From positions 77,736 to 141,735 of the forward strand of contig JAZNZE010000001.1 in NCBI GenBank assembly GCA_045594785.1: a stretch of 64,000 nt of DNA, written 5' to 3'. Origin of the DNA: Eubacteriales bacterium. GTDB lineage: Bacteria > Bacillota > Clostridia > Oscillospirales > CAG-272. Each line of letters begins with the position of its first letter. The stretch's first letter is position 1. The translations under genes and the position numbers were made by a program. Below are positions 1-9,322 of this stretch, in pieces. Under the pieces are notes generated by a model. That model searched no databases. It saw only the letters and a program-made list of their open reading frames with translations, and was not told the DNA's origin.

Positions 1-260
1 ACCTTTCACTTGCTGAAATAGCCTCAGGCGAAGGCATTTCACGGCAAGGAATACGCCATATAATCAAGAAAAGCGAGGAGCTTATTCTCTTTTATGAAGA
101 AAAGCTTGGTCTTGCAAGAAAACACGAGGCACTTGAGGAGGCTGCAGAGCTTCTCTCCTCGGCAAAAAGCAAAATTCTTGATTCGGATATAGACGAACGG
201 GATACAATCCTTTCGCAAATAGATGGCGCTATAGGTACAATACTCAGTAAAGGAGTTTAA
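1..260 (+). CDS. ylxM: YlxM/UPF0122 family DNA-binding protein (5'-truncated by the window edge)
   Basis: The open frame (codons start at nt 3) ends at TAA 258-260, one nt before the ffh ATG. The translation LSLAEIASGEGISRQGIRHIIKKSEE... looks like the YlxM HTH. It holds the conserved position upstream of ffh in Firmicutes. Confidence 0.75.
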   Translation, partial: LSLAEIASGEGISRQGIRHIIKKSEELILFYEEKLGLARKHEALEEAAELLSSAKSKILDSDIDERDTILSQIDGAIGTILSKGV

Positions 261-261
261 G

Positions 262-1593
262 ATGTTCCAGAATCTTACGGAAAAGCTTTCAAAAGCTTTC
301 AGCAAATTCAAGAACAAGGGAAAACTCACCGCTGCTGACGTCAAAGAGGGTATGCGAGAGGTTAAGCTCGCGCTTCTCGAGGCTGACGTAAATTTCAAGG
401 TCACACGTGACTTCATAAAAGCTGTCACCGAACGTGCTGTCGGTCAGAGCGTGCTGGAAAGCCTGCTCCCCGCTCAGCAAATAGTTAAAATAGTCAACGA
501 AGAGCTTATTAAGCTTATGGGAAGCGAAGCTTCAAAGCTTGAAATCAGCTCCAGACCTCCAACAGTCGTTATGATGGTTGGTCTTCAGGGTGCAGGTAAA
601 ACAACGCACACCGGAAAAATTGCAAGCATGTATAAGCACAAGGGAAAAAATCCCCTGCTCGTTGCCTGTGACGTTTACCGCCCCGCAGCCGTTGACCAGT
701 TAAAAATTGTCGGTGAATCGGTGAATATCCCGGTTTTCTCTATGGGAACTAAAATTTCTCCCGTAGAAATAGCAAAGGCGGCTGTAGAGCACGCAAAGAA
801 AAACGGACACGATATGGTGTTCATTGATACCGCGGGAAGACTTCATATTGACGAGGAGCTTATGGGCGAGCTCGTTAATATAAAGAACGCAACCTCTCCT
901 ACGGAGATTCTGCTGGTGGTTGACGCTATGACAGGTCAGGACGCGGTGAACGTTGCAGAATCCTTCAACAACCTGTTAGATATCACAGGCGTTGTTCTTA
1001 CGAAAATGGACGGTGATACCAGAGGCGGTGCTGCCCTCTCTGTAAAATATATCACCGGAAAGCCTATCAAATTTATAGGTACGGGTGAAAAGCTTGATGC
1101 CATCGAGCTCTTCCATCCTGACAGAATGGCATCGCGTATTCTCGGTATGGGTGATATTCTTTCTCTTATTGAGAAGGCAGAAGCTGCGTATGACGAGAAA
1201 AACGCAAAGGAAATGGAAAAAAAGTTCAGAGAACAGACCTTCACGCTTGACGATTTCCTTATGCAGCTCCGTCAGCTTAAAAAGATGGGTAACCTTAACC
1301 AGCTTCTGAGCATGATTCCGGGAATGAATACCGGAGCACTCAAGGACGCTCAGGTTGACGAAAAGCAGATGGTAAAAATCGAGGCTATTATCCTCTCTAT
1401 GACACGCGAGGAGAGACTGCGCCCCGATATAATCAACGGCTCAAGAAGAAAAAGAATAGCCGCGGGCTCAGGCACGACTGTTGAAGATATAAACAAGCTG
1501 CTTAAGCAGTTTGAGCAGATGAAAAAAACAATGAAGCAGTTCTCCGGAATGGGCAAGAGAAAGCTTTTCGGAATGAAGCTTCCCTTTAATTGA
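262..1593 (+). CDS. ffh: Signal recognition particle protein Ffh
   Basis: 443 aa. It has an SRP54 NG domain with GLQGAGKTT and DTAGR motifs and a Met-rich M domain at the C-terminus. AGGAG RBS upstream. Confidence 0.97.
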   Translation: MFQNLTEKLSKAFSKFKNKGKLTAADVKEGMREVKLALLEADVNFKVTRDFIKAVTERAVGQSVLESLLPAQQIVKIVNEELIKLMGSEASKLEISSRPPTVVMMVGLQGAGKTTHTGKIASMYKHKGKNPLLVACDVYRPAAVDQLKIVGESVNIPVFSMGTKISPVEIAKAAVEHAKKNGHDMVFIDTAGRLHIDEELMGELVNIKNATSPTEILLVVDAMTGQDAVNVAESFNNLLDITGVVLTKMDGDTRGGAALSVKYITGKPIKFIGTGEKLDAIELFHPDRMASRILGMGDILSLIEKAEAAYDEKNAKEMEKKFREQTFTLDDFLMQLRQLKKMGNLNQLLSMIPGMNTGALKDAQVDEKQMVKIEAIILSMTREERLRPDIINGSRRKRIAAGSGTTVEDINKLLKQFEQMKKTMKQFSGMGKRKLFGMKLPFN

Positions 1594-1643
1594 TTTTCAA
1601 ATAAAAATAAATAAAATTTCTATTATTTTGGAGGAAAACAAAA

Positions 1644-1889
1644 ATGGCAGTTAAAATCAGACTTAAGAGAATCGGCGCAAAGAAGGCTCCCTTCTACCGT
1701 GTAGTAGTTGCAGACGAGCGTTCTCCCAGAGACGGTAAGTTCATCGAGGAAATCGGTTACTACAATCCCCTTACCGACCCCGCTGATATCAAAATCAACG
1801 CAGAAAAGGCTACCAAGTGGCTTGCTAACGGCGCTCAGCCCACCGAGACTGTTAGAACTCTTCTTAAAAAGAGCGAAATCATTAAGTAA
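1644..1889 (+). CDS. rpsP: 30S ribosomal protein S16
   Basis: 81 aa starting [24 protein letters not shown], the canonical S16 N-terminus. GGAGG RBS. Follows ffh as in Bacillus. Confidence 0.97.
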   Translation: MAVKIRLKRIGAKKAPFYRVVVADERSPRDGKFIEEIGYYNPLTDPADIKINAEKATKWLANGAQPTETVRTLLKKSEIIK

Positions 1890-1940
1890 TTATCAAATAA
1901 ATCGGAAGGACTTGCTAAAGCAAGGTAAAGGTTAGCGCAA

Positions 1941-2174
1941 ATGGATCTGAAGCAGATACTTACAGATATCGCGCGTGCAATCGTTGACACTCCCGATGCC
2001 GTAAACGTAGTAGAAAACGTTGACGGAGATAACGTTGAGCTTATTCTCACCGTTGCAGAGGACGATACCGGTATGGTTATCGGACGCCACGGTAAAATAG
2101 CCAAAGCTATCAGACAGATAATGAAAGCCGCAGCGAACACGTGCGGTAAGCACGTTACCGTAGAAATTCAATAA
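1941..2174 (+). CDS. khpA: KH-domain RNA-binding protein (KhpA/YlqC family)
   Basis: 77 aa with the [15 protein letters not shown] (GXXG) motif. It holds the conserved position after rpsP. Confidence 0.85.
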   Translation: MDLKQILTDIARAIVDTPDAVNVVENVDGDNVELILTVAEDDTGMVIGRHGKIAKAIRQIMKAAANTCGKHVTVEIQ

Positions 2175-2180
2175 GTATTG

Positions 2181-2214
2181 TCCCGGGGATATTTATGCCC
2201 CGGGATAGCTTTTA
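2181..2214 (+). terminator. GC-rich hairpin after khpA (probable intrinsic terminator)
   Basis: TCCCGGGG (2181-2188) pairs with CCCCGGGA (2198-2205) around a 9-nt loop, followed by a weak T tract. The track's glpK start at 2195 lies inside this loop. Confidence 0.45.
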
Positions 2215-2239
2215 TCAAAGGAAAGAATGGAATACTAAA

Positions 2240-3733
2240 ATGAAAAAATATATAATGGCGCTGGACCAAGGCACTACCAGCTCACGCTGTATTCTCTTTG
2301 AAAAAGACGGAAAAATCGCAAGCATGGTACAACGCGAATTCCCGCAGATATTCCCTCGTGACGGCTGGGTTGAGCACGACCCGATGACAATATGGTCTAC
2401 GCAGATAAGCGTTGCAACCGAGGCGCTTCTCAAAATCGGCGCAGGCTGGAATGAGATATACGGCATCGGAATCACAAATCAGCGCGAAACGGTTGTCGTA
2501 TGGAACAAAAAAACCGGCACGCCCATATACAACGCTATAGTATGGCAATGCAGAAGAACCGCAGATTACTGCGAGAGCCTTATAAAAGACGGTTACGAGG
2601 AGATGATAAAGAAAAAGACGGGACTTGTTCTTGACCCTTACTTTTCCGCGACTAAGGTTAAATGGATACTCGACAACGTAGAGGGCGCTCGGGAGATGGC
2701 AAGGCGAGGCGAATTGTGCATCGGAACGGTAGACACCTGGCTTATCTATAACCTCACAGGCGGAAAAGTTCACGCAACAGACTATTCAAACGCTTCAAGA
2801 ACCATGCTTTTTAATATTAATACGCTTTCGTGGGACGGTGAGCTCTGTGAGCTTTTCGGTATCCCTACCAGTATGCTGCCTGAGGTTAAGCCCTCCTCTT
2901 CTCTTTTCGGATACACGGATAAAAATATTCTCGGTGCGGAAATAGCAATAGGCGGTGTTGCCGGAGACCAGCAGGCAGCTCTATTCGGTCAGTGCTGCTT
3001 TGATGTCGGAGAGCTTAAAAACACCTATGGTACAGGCGCTTTTCTTCTTATGAATACCGGTGATAAGCCGCATATAACCTCAAGCGGACTGCTTACTACA
3101 ATCGCCTGGGGAATCGGAGACAAAATAACCTACGCAACAGAGGGCTCTGTATTTACCTGCGGCGCGGCAATTCAATGGCTGCGCGATGGACTCAGGCTTA
3201 TCGAATCGGCTCAGGACAGCGAATACTATGCAGGAAAAGTCAAGGACAGCGGCGGAATAATAGTCGTTCCTGCTTTTCAGGGTCTTGGAGCGCCCTGGTG
3301 GGATGCATACGCGAGAGGTATGATAATCGGAATTACCAGAGGTACTACAAAATACCACATCATAAGAGCAACCCTTGAATCTATGGCATATCAGACCTAT
3401 GACGTTGTAGACCTTATGGAAAGAGCAACGGGTGTTGCCCTAAAAAAGCTTAAGGTGGACGGAGGCGCTTGCGCAAATAATCTTCTTATGCAATTCCAGT
3501 CTGATATTCTCGGAATTGAAATAGAGCGTCCCGCCTGTGTTGAAACCACCGCCCTGGGCGCTGCATATCTGGCAGGACTTGCGCTCGGAGTTTACAAATC
3601 AACAGACGAAATAAGGAAGAACAGACGTGTCGAAAAAAGCTTCTCCCCCGCCATTTCCGATGACGAAAGAAATGCAAAAATCCACGTATGGAGAAGGGCT
3701 GTTGAGCGCAGTCTCGTTTGGAAGGAAGATTAA
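2240..3733 (+). CDS. glpK: Glycerol kinase
   Basis: [16 protein letters not shown] is a typical FGGY/GlpK N-terminus, with homology-like features along the full length. I place the start at ATG 2240 rather than the track's 2195. Confidence 0.95.
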   Translation: MKKYIMALDQGTTSSRCILFEKDGKIASMVQREFPQIFPRDGWVEHDPMTIWSTQISVATEALLKIGAGWNEIYGIGITNQRETVVVWNKKTGTPIYNAIVWQCRRTADYCESLIKDGYEEMIKKKTGLVLDPYFSATKVKWILDNVEGAREMARRGELCIGTVDTWLIYNLTGGKVHATDYSNASRTMLFNINTLSWDGELCELFGIPTSMLPEVKPSSSLFGYTDKNILGAEIAIGGVAGDQQAALFGQCCFDVGELKNTYGTGAFLLMNTGDKPHITSSGLLTTIAWGIGDKITYATEGSVFTCGAAIQWLRDGLRLIESAQDSEYYAGKVKDSGGIIVVPAFQGLGAPWWDAYARGMIIGITRGTTKYHIIRATLESMAYQTYDVVDLMERATGVALKKLKVDGGACANNLLMQFQSDILGIEIERPACVETTALGAAYLAGLALGVYKSTDEIRKNRRVEKSFSPAISDDERNAKIHVWRRAVERSLVWKED

Positions 3734-3741
3734 AAAACGAA

Positions 3742-3808
3742 GGGGCTGTCGCATTTAGGCATAACCGAATAAAAAAGCAGGGGTATTGTGAAAAAACACA
3801 GTACCCCT
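3742..3808 (+). repeat. Copy A of a 67-bp repeated intergenic element containing a terminator hairpin
   Basis: Identical over 67/67 nt to 33369-33435. It contains the hairpin AGGGGTATTGTG-AAAAAA-CACAGTACCCCT. It sits between the convergent glpK and rsmA stops. Confidence 0.85.
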
Positions 3809-3813
3809 TATTA

Positions 3814-4665
3814 TTATATAAGCAAATTAGAGAGTTCCACAAAGTTTTCTGTCGAAAGTTTTTCACCTCTGACCGTTTCGCTAAACCCAAGAGACAAAAG
3901 CGCTTCCGCTATTCTGCCCTTTTCTAAGTGCGAAAATTTTGCATTTATCGCATTTACAAGAGTTTTTCTTCTCATTTCAAAAGCAGCTTTGATGAGATTT
4001 CTGAAAAACCTTTCGTCCTTAGGAAAATACTTTGGCGAGGGATACAAATCAATTTTCACTACAGCACTATCAACCTTTGGTGCGGGCATAAAAGAGCCGG
4101 CTGAAACCTTGAATAATTTTCTTGCCTCACCGTAAAATCCAAGCACTGCGGTAATAGCTCCGTAGTCCGAGCTTCCCGCCGGGGCAACAAGCCTTGAGGC
4201 AACCTCGTTTTGCACCATAACCGTTATTGAAGAAAACCTTGTTCCCGATTCAAGAAGATACATAAGAATAGGAGTCGTTATGTAGTACGGAAGGTTTGCG
4301 CAGACCGCAACCGGCATTCCGTCCGAATACTTTTCCACAATCTCGGCTATATCGGTTTTCATTATATCCCCGTTTATTACGGTGACGTTATCATAATCGG
4401 CAAGGGTTCTTGAAAGAACCGGAATCAGTCCTTTATCAATCTCAACCGCAACTACCCTTTTATATCTTTCGGCAAGCTCTTTGGTAAGGCAGCCTATACC
4501 GGGGCCGATTTCAAGAATAAGAGTATCTTCGCAAAAGGCAGCGTTATCTGCGATATTTTCGGGAATTATTCTGTTAATGAGAAAATTCTGACCAAACTCT
4601 TTACGAAAGGTTATTCCCGCTTCGCCCATTACCTCTTTTATAACCGAAATATTGCAAAGGTCCAT
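3814..4665 (-). CDS. rsmA: 16S rRNA (adenine1518/1519-N6)-dimethyltransferase RsmA/KsgA
   Basis: 283 aa with FGQNFL near the N-terminus and the EIGPGIGCLT SAM-binding motif. Confidence 0.93.
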   Translation of the reverse strand: MDLCNISVIKEVMGEAGITFRKEFGQNFLINRIIPENIADNAAFCEDTLILEIGPGIGCLTKELAERYKRVVAVEIDKGLIPVLSRTLADYDNVTVINGDIMKTDIAEIVEKYSDGMPVAVCANLPYYITTPILMYLLESGTRFSSITVMVQNEVASRLVAPAGSSDYGAITAVLGFYGEARKLFKVSAGSFMPAPKVDSAVVKIDLYPSPKYFPKDERFFRNLIKAAFEMRRKTLVNAINAKFSHLEKGRIAEALLSLGFSETVRGEKLSTENFVELSNLLI

Positions 4666-4682
4666 AAGAGCTGCCTCCTTTT

Positions 4683-4721
4683 TTCAAAAATAAAAGCAGC
4701 ATTCCTTATAAAGAATGCTGC
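4683..4721 (-). terminator. Intrinsic terminator downstream of tRNA-Thr
   Basis: GCAGCATTC (4696-4704) pairs with GAATGCTGC (4713-4721). On the minus strand the hairpin is followed by TTTTATTTTT. Confidence 0.6.
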
Positions 4722-4724
4722 CGT

Positions 4725-4800
4725 TGGAGCTGGTGACCGGACTTGAACCGGTGACCTGTTGATTACGAATCAACTGCTCTACCAACTGAGCCACACCAGC
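4725..4800 (-). tRNA. tRNA-Thr (anticodon CGU), CCA encoded
   Basis: The reverse complement GCTGGTGTGGCTCAGTTGGTAGAGCAGTTGATTCGTAATCAACAGGTCACCGGTTCAAGTCCGGTCACCAGCTCCA folds as a cloverleaf. Anticodon loop is TTCGTAA. Confidence 0.9.
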
Positions 4801-4811
4801 AACTGCATAGT

Positions 4812-4840
4812 ATTCTAACATTTTTTTCCCTGTTTGTCAA
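4812..4840 (-). promoter_or_regulatory. Sigma-A-type promoter for tRNA-Thr
   Basis: On the minus strand: TTGACA (4835-4840), 17-nt spacer, TGT-TAGAAT (-10 at 4812-4817). It lies about 12 nt upstream of the tRNA 5' end. Confidence 0.55.
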
Positions 4841-4905
4841 GACCCTTTATTTAAATATTATCGGGAAAGTCCAAAAAATATTCTTTCTTGGGCTTTCCCG
4901 TTTTT

Positions 4906-7497
4906 TTATTTAAGTCTTGTAAAAATTCTGTATATAACGTCAAACGGAATAATGGTGAATGCAAGCAAAATTACAGAGAAAAGCTCTCCCATTCGCAGCG
5001 GCACGGCTCGGAAGAGCTCTCCGCCGCAATAAATCATTATTATTTGTATTATAGCTATTATAAGCATTATAAAAACAAAAAGTCTGTTTTTACTTATGCT
5101 GGAAAACAGCCATACCCGCTCGCTTCTTGCAATAAAGCAGTTAAATATACCAAGGAATATAAAAAGCGCGTAAAACGCCGTCATAAATCGCGCTCCTCCG
5201 TCCTTGCCTACGAACGCTCTGGAAAAGAAATCAAGCTTCAGAAACGCCAGGCATAAAACGAGAGTATATCCCCCGCTTATTAAAATTTTACCAAGCATTT
5301 TCTTGGTGAGTATCGGCTCGCTTCGCGTTTTGGGTTTTTCCTTCATATAATACTCAAGAGCAGGCTCTCCCGCAAAGGCTAAACCACCGAGAGTATCCAT
5401 TATTATATTCACCCACAGCATCTGTATTATCGTTATCGGGCTGTCTATTCCGAAAAGCTGGCCGAAAAGCGAGACGCCGCAGGCTGCAAAATTCATTACG
5501 AGCTGAAAGCTTATAAACTTCTTTATTGACTTAAATATAGTCCGTCCGTATAAAATACTGCGGTTTATTGCCATAAGACTGTTATTCTGAATCACTACGT
5601 CACCCGCAGCCTTGGCTATATCCGTACCGGCACCCATAGCAAATCCAACGTCTGCAAGCTTTAGCGAGGGTGCATCGTTTATTCCGTCACCGGTCATACC
5701 TACGACAAGCTCCAGTTCCTGCGAAAGTCTTACAAGCCTCGTTTTATCCTGAGGCAAGGCTCTTGCAAGAACGCATAGGTTAGGAATAATCTTTTTCACT
5801 TCATCGTCACTCATAGCCCCAAGCTCTGAGGAGGTAAGACAAATTTCACCTGCTCTATGGCGTATTATACCGCATTCCTCGGCTATTGCCATAGCGGTTT
5901 CCTTTCCGTCACCCGTCAGCATTACTATCTGAACACCCGCTCTTTGTATGCCGAAAATAGCCTCCCGAGTTTCGCGCCTCAGCATATCCTTAAGAACAAT
6001 CAAGCCTAAAAATATGAAAGAGGGTCTGTCGGCATTTTTCATTGCAACCGCGATTACGCGATTGCCCTTTGAGGTTTCTTCCCTCAGCTTGCCTTCGATA
6101 TCCGACCTTGAAAGCCTAATAATTCTGCCGTCACTTCCCAGAGCAAGCTCGGATTTTGAAAGTATAATTTCGGGTGCGCCTTTTATAAATACGCTGCCGT
6201 CACTAAAGGAGACGCTCGAAAGCTTTTTCTCGCTGGAAAAGGCTTCTTTTTCCGCAACCGTCTTATCGGCTACCGCTTCGTTTCTGAAAAACTCGAGAAT
6301 AGACCTATCCGTACCGTTTCCGCCTATGATACGCCCTGCGCTTTCATAAGACGCCGTGTTGTATCTTGCAGATACTGTTAACGCCTCGCGCAGCGCCTCT
6401 GCGCGCTTTAGCGCCGCAAGGCTTTTATATGAAGCGTCTATACTGATTATTTTTTCGCATCTCGGCACTCCAACGGTTATAGTTCCCGTCTTATCGGTAA
6501 AAAGAATATTGAGCGAGCCCGCCGTTTCTATTCCTACCAGCTTTTTGACGAGAACTTTGTCCTTAATCATTTTTTTCATATTAGCCGACAATACAACGGT
6601 TATCATCATAGGAAGTCCCTCGGGTACGGCTACAACGATAACGGTTATCATAAGAGTAAGCGCGTGCGTCAGAGTTGAGACTACCGTTCTTACGCTCTTT
6701 AGGTCAGCCAAAACCCTTTCCCAAACGAAGCCGTTATCAACTACAAGCGTATTAAAAATATAAACAAGTCCGACAATTATTGCCATAACGTAGCCGATTT
6801 TGCTTATTTGTCCTGCAAGTCTTGAAAGGCGGTGCTTAAGAGGACTTGTTCGCGTTTCGGTCTGGACGTCCTTTGCAACCATACCGTAGTAGGTTGCCGC
6901 GCCAACTCTTTCAACGCGCATAACAGCCTCGCCTACGGTTACAAGCGTTCCCCTGAAGACCTTGTTTTTTGAGGAAAGCTCATATCCATCGCCTTCGCCG
7001 TCAAAGCTCTTTAAGATTTCCTTGCTTTCTCCGTTAAGAGCTGATTGGTCTACCGATATTCTTCCCGATATAAGAGCACCGTCTGCCGCAATTTGTTCTC
7101 CCGCCGATAGATATAACACGTCTCCTACAACGATATCAGAAACGGAAATTTCAGTTATTTGCCCGTCACGCAAGGCTTTTACCCTGCTAATCACGCTTTC
7201 GCTCTGCATTTTTTCAAACGCTCTTTCGCTTCCGAATTCGGAAACGGTGGAGACGGTTGTTGCAAGTAAAATAGCCATAACGATGCCGAAAACCTCAAAA
7301 AGATTGCATTTTCCAAACGTGAAAATTACTTCGATAAGAAGCGCAATTATAAGTATTTTAATTATCGGGTCGTTTAAGTTTTCAAAAAACTTTCTGAAAA
7401 ATCCCTTGGTCTTTTCTTTTTCAAGAGTATTATCGCCGTGCTTTTCCTTGGATTTTCTTACCTCTTCTGACGTCAGTCCTACTGTTTTTAGCGTCAT
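4906..7497 (-). CDS. Cation-transporting P-type ATPase, PMCA/YloB-like (probably Ca2+)
   Basis: 863 aa with the DKTGTIT phosphorylation motif, the TGDGINDAPSLKLADVGFAMG hinge motif and 10 predicted TM segments. AGGAG RBS. Confidence 0.9.
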   Translation of the reverse strand: MTLKTVGLTSEEVRKSKEKHGDNTLEKEKTKGFFRKFFENLNDPIIKILIIALLIEVIFTFGKCNLFEVFGIVMAILLATTVSTVSEFGSERAFEKMQSESVISRVKALRDGQITEISVSDIVVGDVLYLSAGEQIAADGALISGRISVDQSALNGESKEILKSFDGEGDGYELSSKNKVFRGTLVTVGEAVMRVERVGAATYYGMVAKDVQTETRTSPLKHRLSRLAGQISKIGYVMAIIVGLVYIFNTLVVDNGFVWERVLADLKSVRTVVSTLTHALTLMITVIVVAVPEGLPMMITVVLSANMKKMIKDKVLVKKLVGIETAGSLNILFTDKTGTITVGVPRCEKIISIDASYKSLAALKRAEALREALTVSARYNTASYESAGRIIGGNGTDRSILEFFRNEAVADKTVAEKEAFSSEKKLSSVSFSDGSVFIKGAPEIILSKSELALGSDGRIIRLSRSDIEGKLREETSKGNRVIAVAMKNADRPSFIFLGLIVLKDMLRRETREAIFGIQRAGVQIVMLTGDGKETAMAIAEECGIIRHRAGEICLTSSELGAMSDDEVKKIIPNLCVLARALPQDKTRLVRLSQELELVVGMTGDGINDAPSLKLADVGFAMGAGTDIAKAAGDVVIQNNSLMAINRSILYGRTIFKSIKKFISFQLVMNFAACGVSLFGQLFGIDSPITIIQMLWVNIIMDTLGGLAFAGEPALEYYMKEKPKTRSEPILTKKMLGKILISGGYTLVLCLAFLKLDFFSRAFVGKDGGARFMTAFYALFIFLGIFNCFIARSERVWLFSSISKNRLFVFIMLIIAIIQIIMIYCGGELFRAVPLRMGELFSVILLAFTIIPFDVIYRIFTRLK

Positions 7498-7561
7498 ATA
7501 AACTCCTAATCAACGGTAATTATTTGTTTAAATATATGACTTTCCGTATTATTAAATGCTT

Positions 7562-7592
7562 AAAAACAAAAAAACGGCATCTGCCGTTTTTT
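7562..7592 (-). terminator. Intrinsic terminator (usable in both directions) about 75 nt upstream of the ATPase start
   Basis: The A-run, ACGGC, loop, GCCGT and T-run are symmetric. On the minus strand it reads AAAAAACGGCAGATGCCGTTTTTTTGTTTTT. Confidence 0.6.
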
Positions 7593-7807
7593 CGTTTATG
7601 ATACCCGCGATGGCCGTGTAAGGCAATTTTTAACCCTGTTTGTACAGGTGGGTGCTCTCTCCGCTTCTTTGCGCTTCCAACGTCTGCTTCGGAGGGTACA
7701 AAGACAGCTCCTGGCAGGAGGCCTGCATCCCAAAGCGGAAGTCCAAGCTCCCTTTAGTTGTGTGTAGGTCCAAATATCACAATATCACGCACCACGCAGG
7801 ATATGTA
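7593..7807 (-). ncRNA. Unclassified GC-rich structured leader or candidate cis-regulatory RNA between the DUF1292 gene and the ATPase gene
   Basis: About 210 nt of non-coding sequence, clearly GC-richer than other intergenic regions here. It has several local helices (for example TCCGCTT/AAGCGGA and GCAGG/CCTGC) and ends in the terminator at 7562-7592. I recognised no family. Confidence 0.3.
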
Positions 7808-8119
7808 TCAGTTCTCGTCGTAGTCGATTTCGTTAAAGAAAAGGTCGTTGAAATAGTCCTCTACCTTTTCGAACTCTTCGTCACTTTCGATAGTCTCAAG
7901 AATGAGGTCGTCTCCGTCCTCCTCTACGCTGAGAATAACGTACTCCTCGGATTCCTCATCTGCGGGAACGAGGGCAAAATAAAGCTTTCCGTCAAGCTCT
8001 GCTCTTGCAAGAAGCTCGAAATCCTTTTCTTCTCCCGTTTCCTCATCGGTAAGAGTGAATACGGGAACTTCGTCAAGCTCGTTTTCTTCTGCGGGAAGAT
8101 TCTTTTCGTTGTCTGCCAT
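7808..8119 (-). CDS. DUF1292 family protein (YrzB-like, highly acidic)
   Basis: 103 aa with the pattern FTLTDEETGEEKDFELLARAELDGKLYFALVP typical of DUF1292. Confidence 0.85.
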   Translation of the reverse strand: MADNEKNLPAEENELDEVPVFTLTDEETGEEKDFELLARAELDGKLYFALVPADEESEEYVILSVEEDGDDLILETIESDEEFEKVEDYFNDLFFNEIDYDEN

Positions 8120-8191
8120 TTTGTTACTCCAATCTTAATTACATTTGATAATATTTTATAGTATTAACATTAAAATGTCAAGGGGATAAAT

Positions 8192-9322
8192 TCAAAGCAG
8201 CTCAGAAAGAATCGTATTGCTAACGTAAAATCCCCTTTCGGTAAGAGAAATTCTGTCCTCTGAAATTATTATATAACCACTGCTTTTAAGCTTTTGAATA
8301 AACGCCTCTTTACCGCTCGTAAAGGAACGCTTGAAGCGTTTTTCGTAATCTGAAAGCAAAAAACCACCGGCAAGCCTAAGGTGCATCATCGCGTATTCGT
8401 ACGCATTAGCTTCTGTGTCGATTATTTCCGTCTGTCTGTATTCTTTCACCGAAGGCGAAAAATATTCAGAAAATCCGACAGGATTCGAATACCGTTTTTT
8501 TCCATAGTAGGAATGAGCCGCAAGACCGAGACCTATGTATTCCTTATCCTGCCAATACTTGAGATTATGCCTGCATTCAAATCCGGCTCTTGCGTAATTT
8601 GAAATTTCATAATGAGCGTATCCGCTGTTTCGAAGCAGCTCAGCTGCCATATAATACATTTTGCACTCTTCTTCCTCAGTGGGAAATTTCAGCACGTCCT
8701 TTTGCGCGTAAAGCCTCGTGCCTTCTTCCAGTATAAGTCCGTATGCCGAGATATGCTCGGGTGCAAGGTCTATAATCTTTTCGAGAGTTATTCGGAAGCT
8801 TTCTTCCGTTTGCTCGGGAATACCGTACATCAAATCAACGTTTATATTAGATATGCCGGCATTGCGGCAGGCTGCGTACGTCTGTGCGAACTCCTCAAAA
8901 TTATGTATTCTGCCTAAGATTTTCAGCTCGTTTTTGTGATATGACTGCAATCCCAGACTAATTCGGTTAACACCGAGCGAGGTATATAAACGAAGCTTTT
9001 CCTTTGTCACGGTTTTCGGATTTGCTTCAACCGTAAACTCCGTGCCCGGCAATATTTCGAAGACGTCAAAAAGCGCAGAGACTATTTTCTCAAACGCCTT
9101 AGCAGAAATCAAGGTCGGTGTTCCGCCGCCGAAAAAGACGGTGTTTACCTTGATTTTTTCCTTTGACCTGTACTCGCAAATCTCATTTATCAAGGCAGTC
9201 GTGTAGCTATCCTCGTATTCGGATAAAGCACCGCCAAATGAAACGAAATCACAGTAAGCGCACTTGCTTTTACAAAATGGTATATGAAGGTAAAGACCAA
9301 TAGGCTCAGTTGTCATCGTCAA
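8192..9322 (-). CDS. hemW: Radical SAM heme chaperone HemW (HemN-like, oxygen-independent coproporphyrinogen oxidase family)
   Basis: 376 aa with the [14 protein letters not shown] CxxxCxxC radical-SAM motif. It lies downstream of lepA and overlaps it, as in many bacteria. Confidence 0.9.
   Translation of the reverse strand: MTMTTEPIGLYLHIPFCKSKCAYCDFVSFGGALSEYEDSYTTALINEICEYRSKEKIKVNTVFFGGGTPTLISAKAFEKIVSALFDVFEILPGTEFTVEANPKTVTKEKLRLYTSLGVNRISLGLQSYHKNELKILGRIHNFEEFAQTYAACRNAGISNINVDLMYGIPEQTEESFRITLEKIIDLAPEHISAYGLILEEGTRLYAQKDVLKFPTEEEECKMYYMAAELLRNSGYAHYEISNYARAGFECRHNLKYWQDKEYIGLGLAAHSYYGKKRYSNPVGFSEYFSPSVKEYRQTEIIDTEANAYEYAMMHLRLAGGFLLSDYEKRFKRSFTSGKEAFIQKLKSSGYIIISEDRISLTERGFYVSNTILSELL

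Noticed and set aside
3788-4135. ORFs beginning MKKHSTP at 3788 and 33415, which look like paralogous small proteins.
   Set aside because: The shared N-terminus is simply the translated repeat hairpin (GTGAAAAAACACAGTACCCCT). The sequences diverge immediately after the repeat. The first overlaps rsmA on the opposite strand.
7730-7760. The plus-strand motif GCGGAAGTCCAAGCTCCC resembles the RNase P RNA GAGGAAAGUCCGGGCUCC core.
   Set aside because: An RNase P RNA of about 350-400 nt on the plus strand would have to run through the entire, well-supported DUF1292 CDS. No other RNase P conserved regions are visible.
7593-7807. Possible 6S RNA, SRP RNA or yybP-ykoY riboswitch assignment for the GC-rich region.
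   Set aside because: - There is no long closing stem pairing the 5' and 3' ends, which argues against 6S RNA.
- There is no GGUCCGGAAGGAAGCAGC core, which argues against SRP RNA. The real SRP RNA is at 28840-29142.
- AAAGGGAGC and GGAGAGAGCACCC resemble the yybP-ykoY GGGGAGUAG and AGAGACC boxes only loosely, and no P1 pairing is present.
- I kept the region as an unassigned candidate only.
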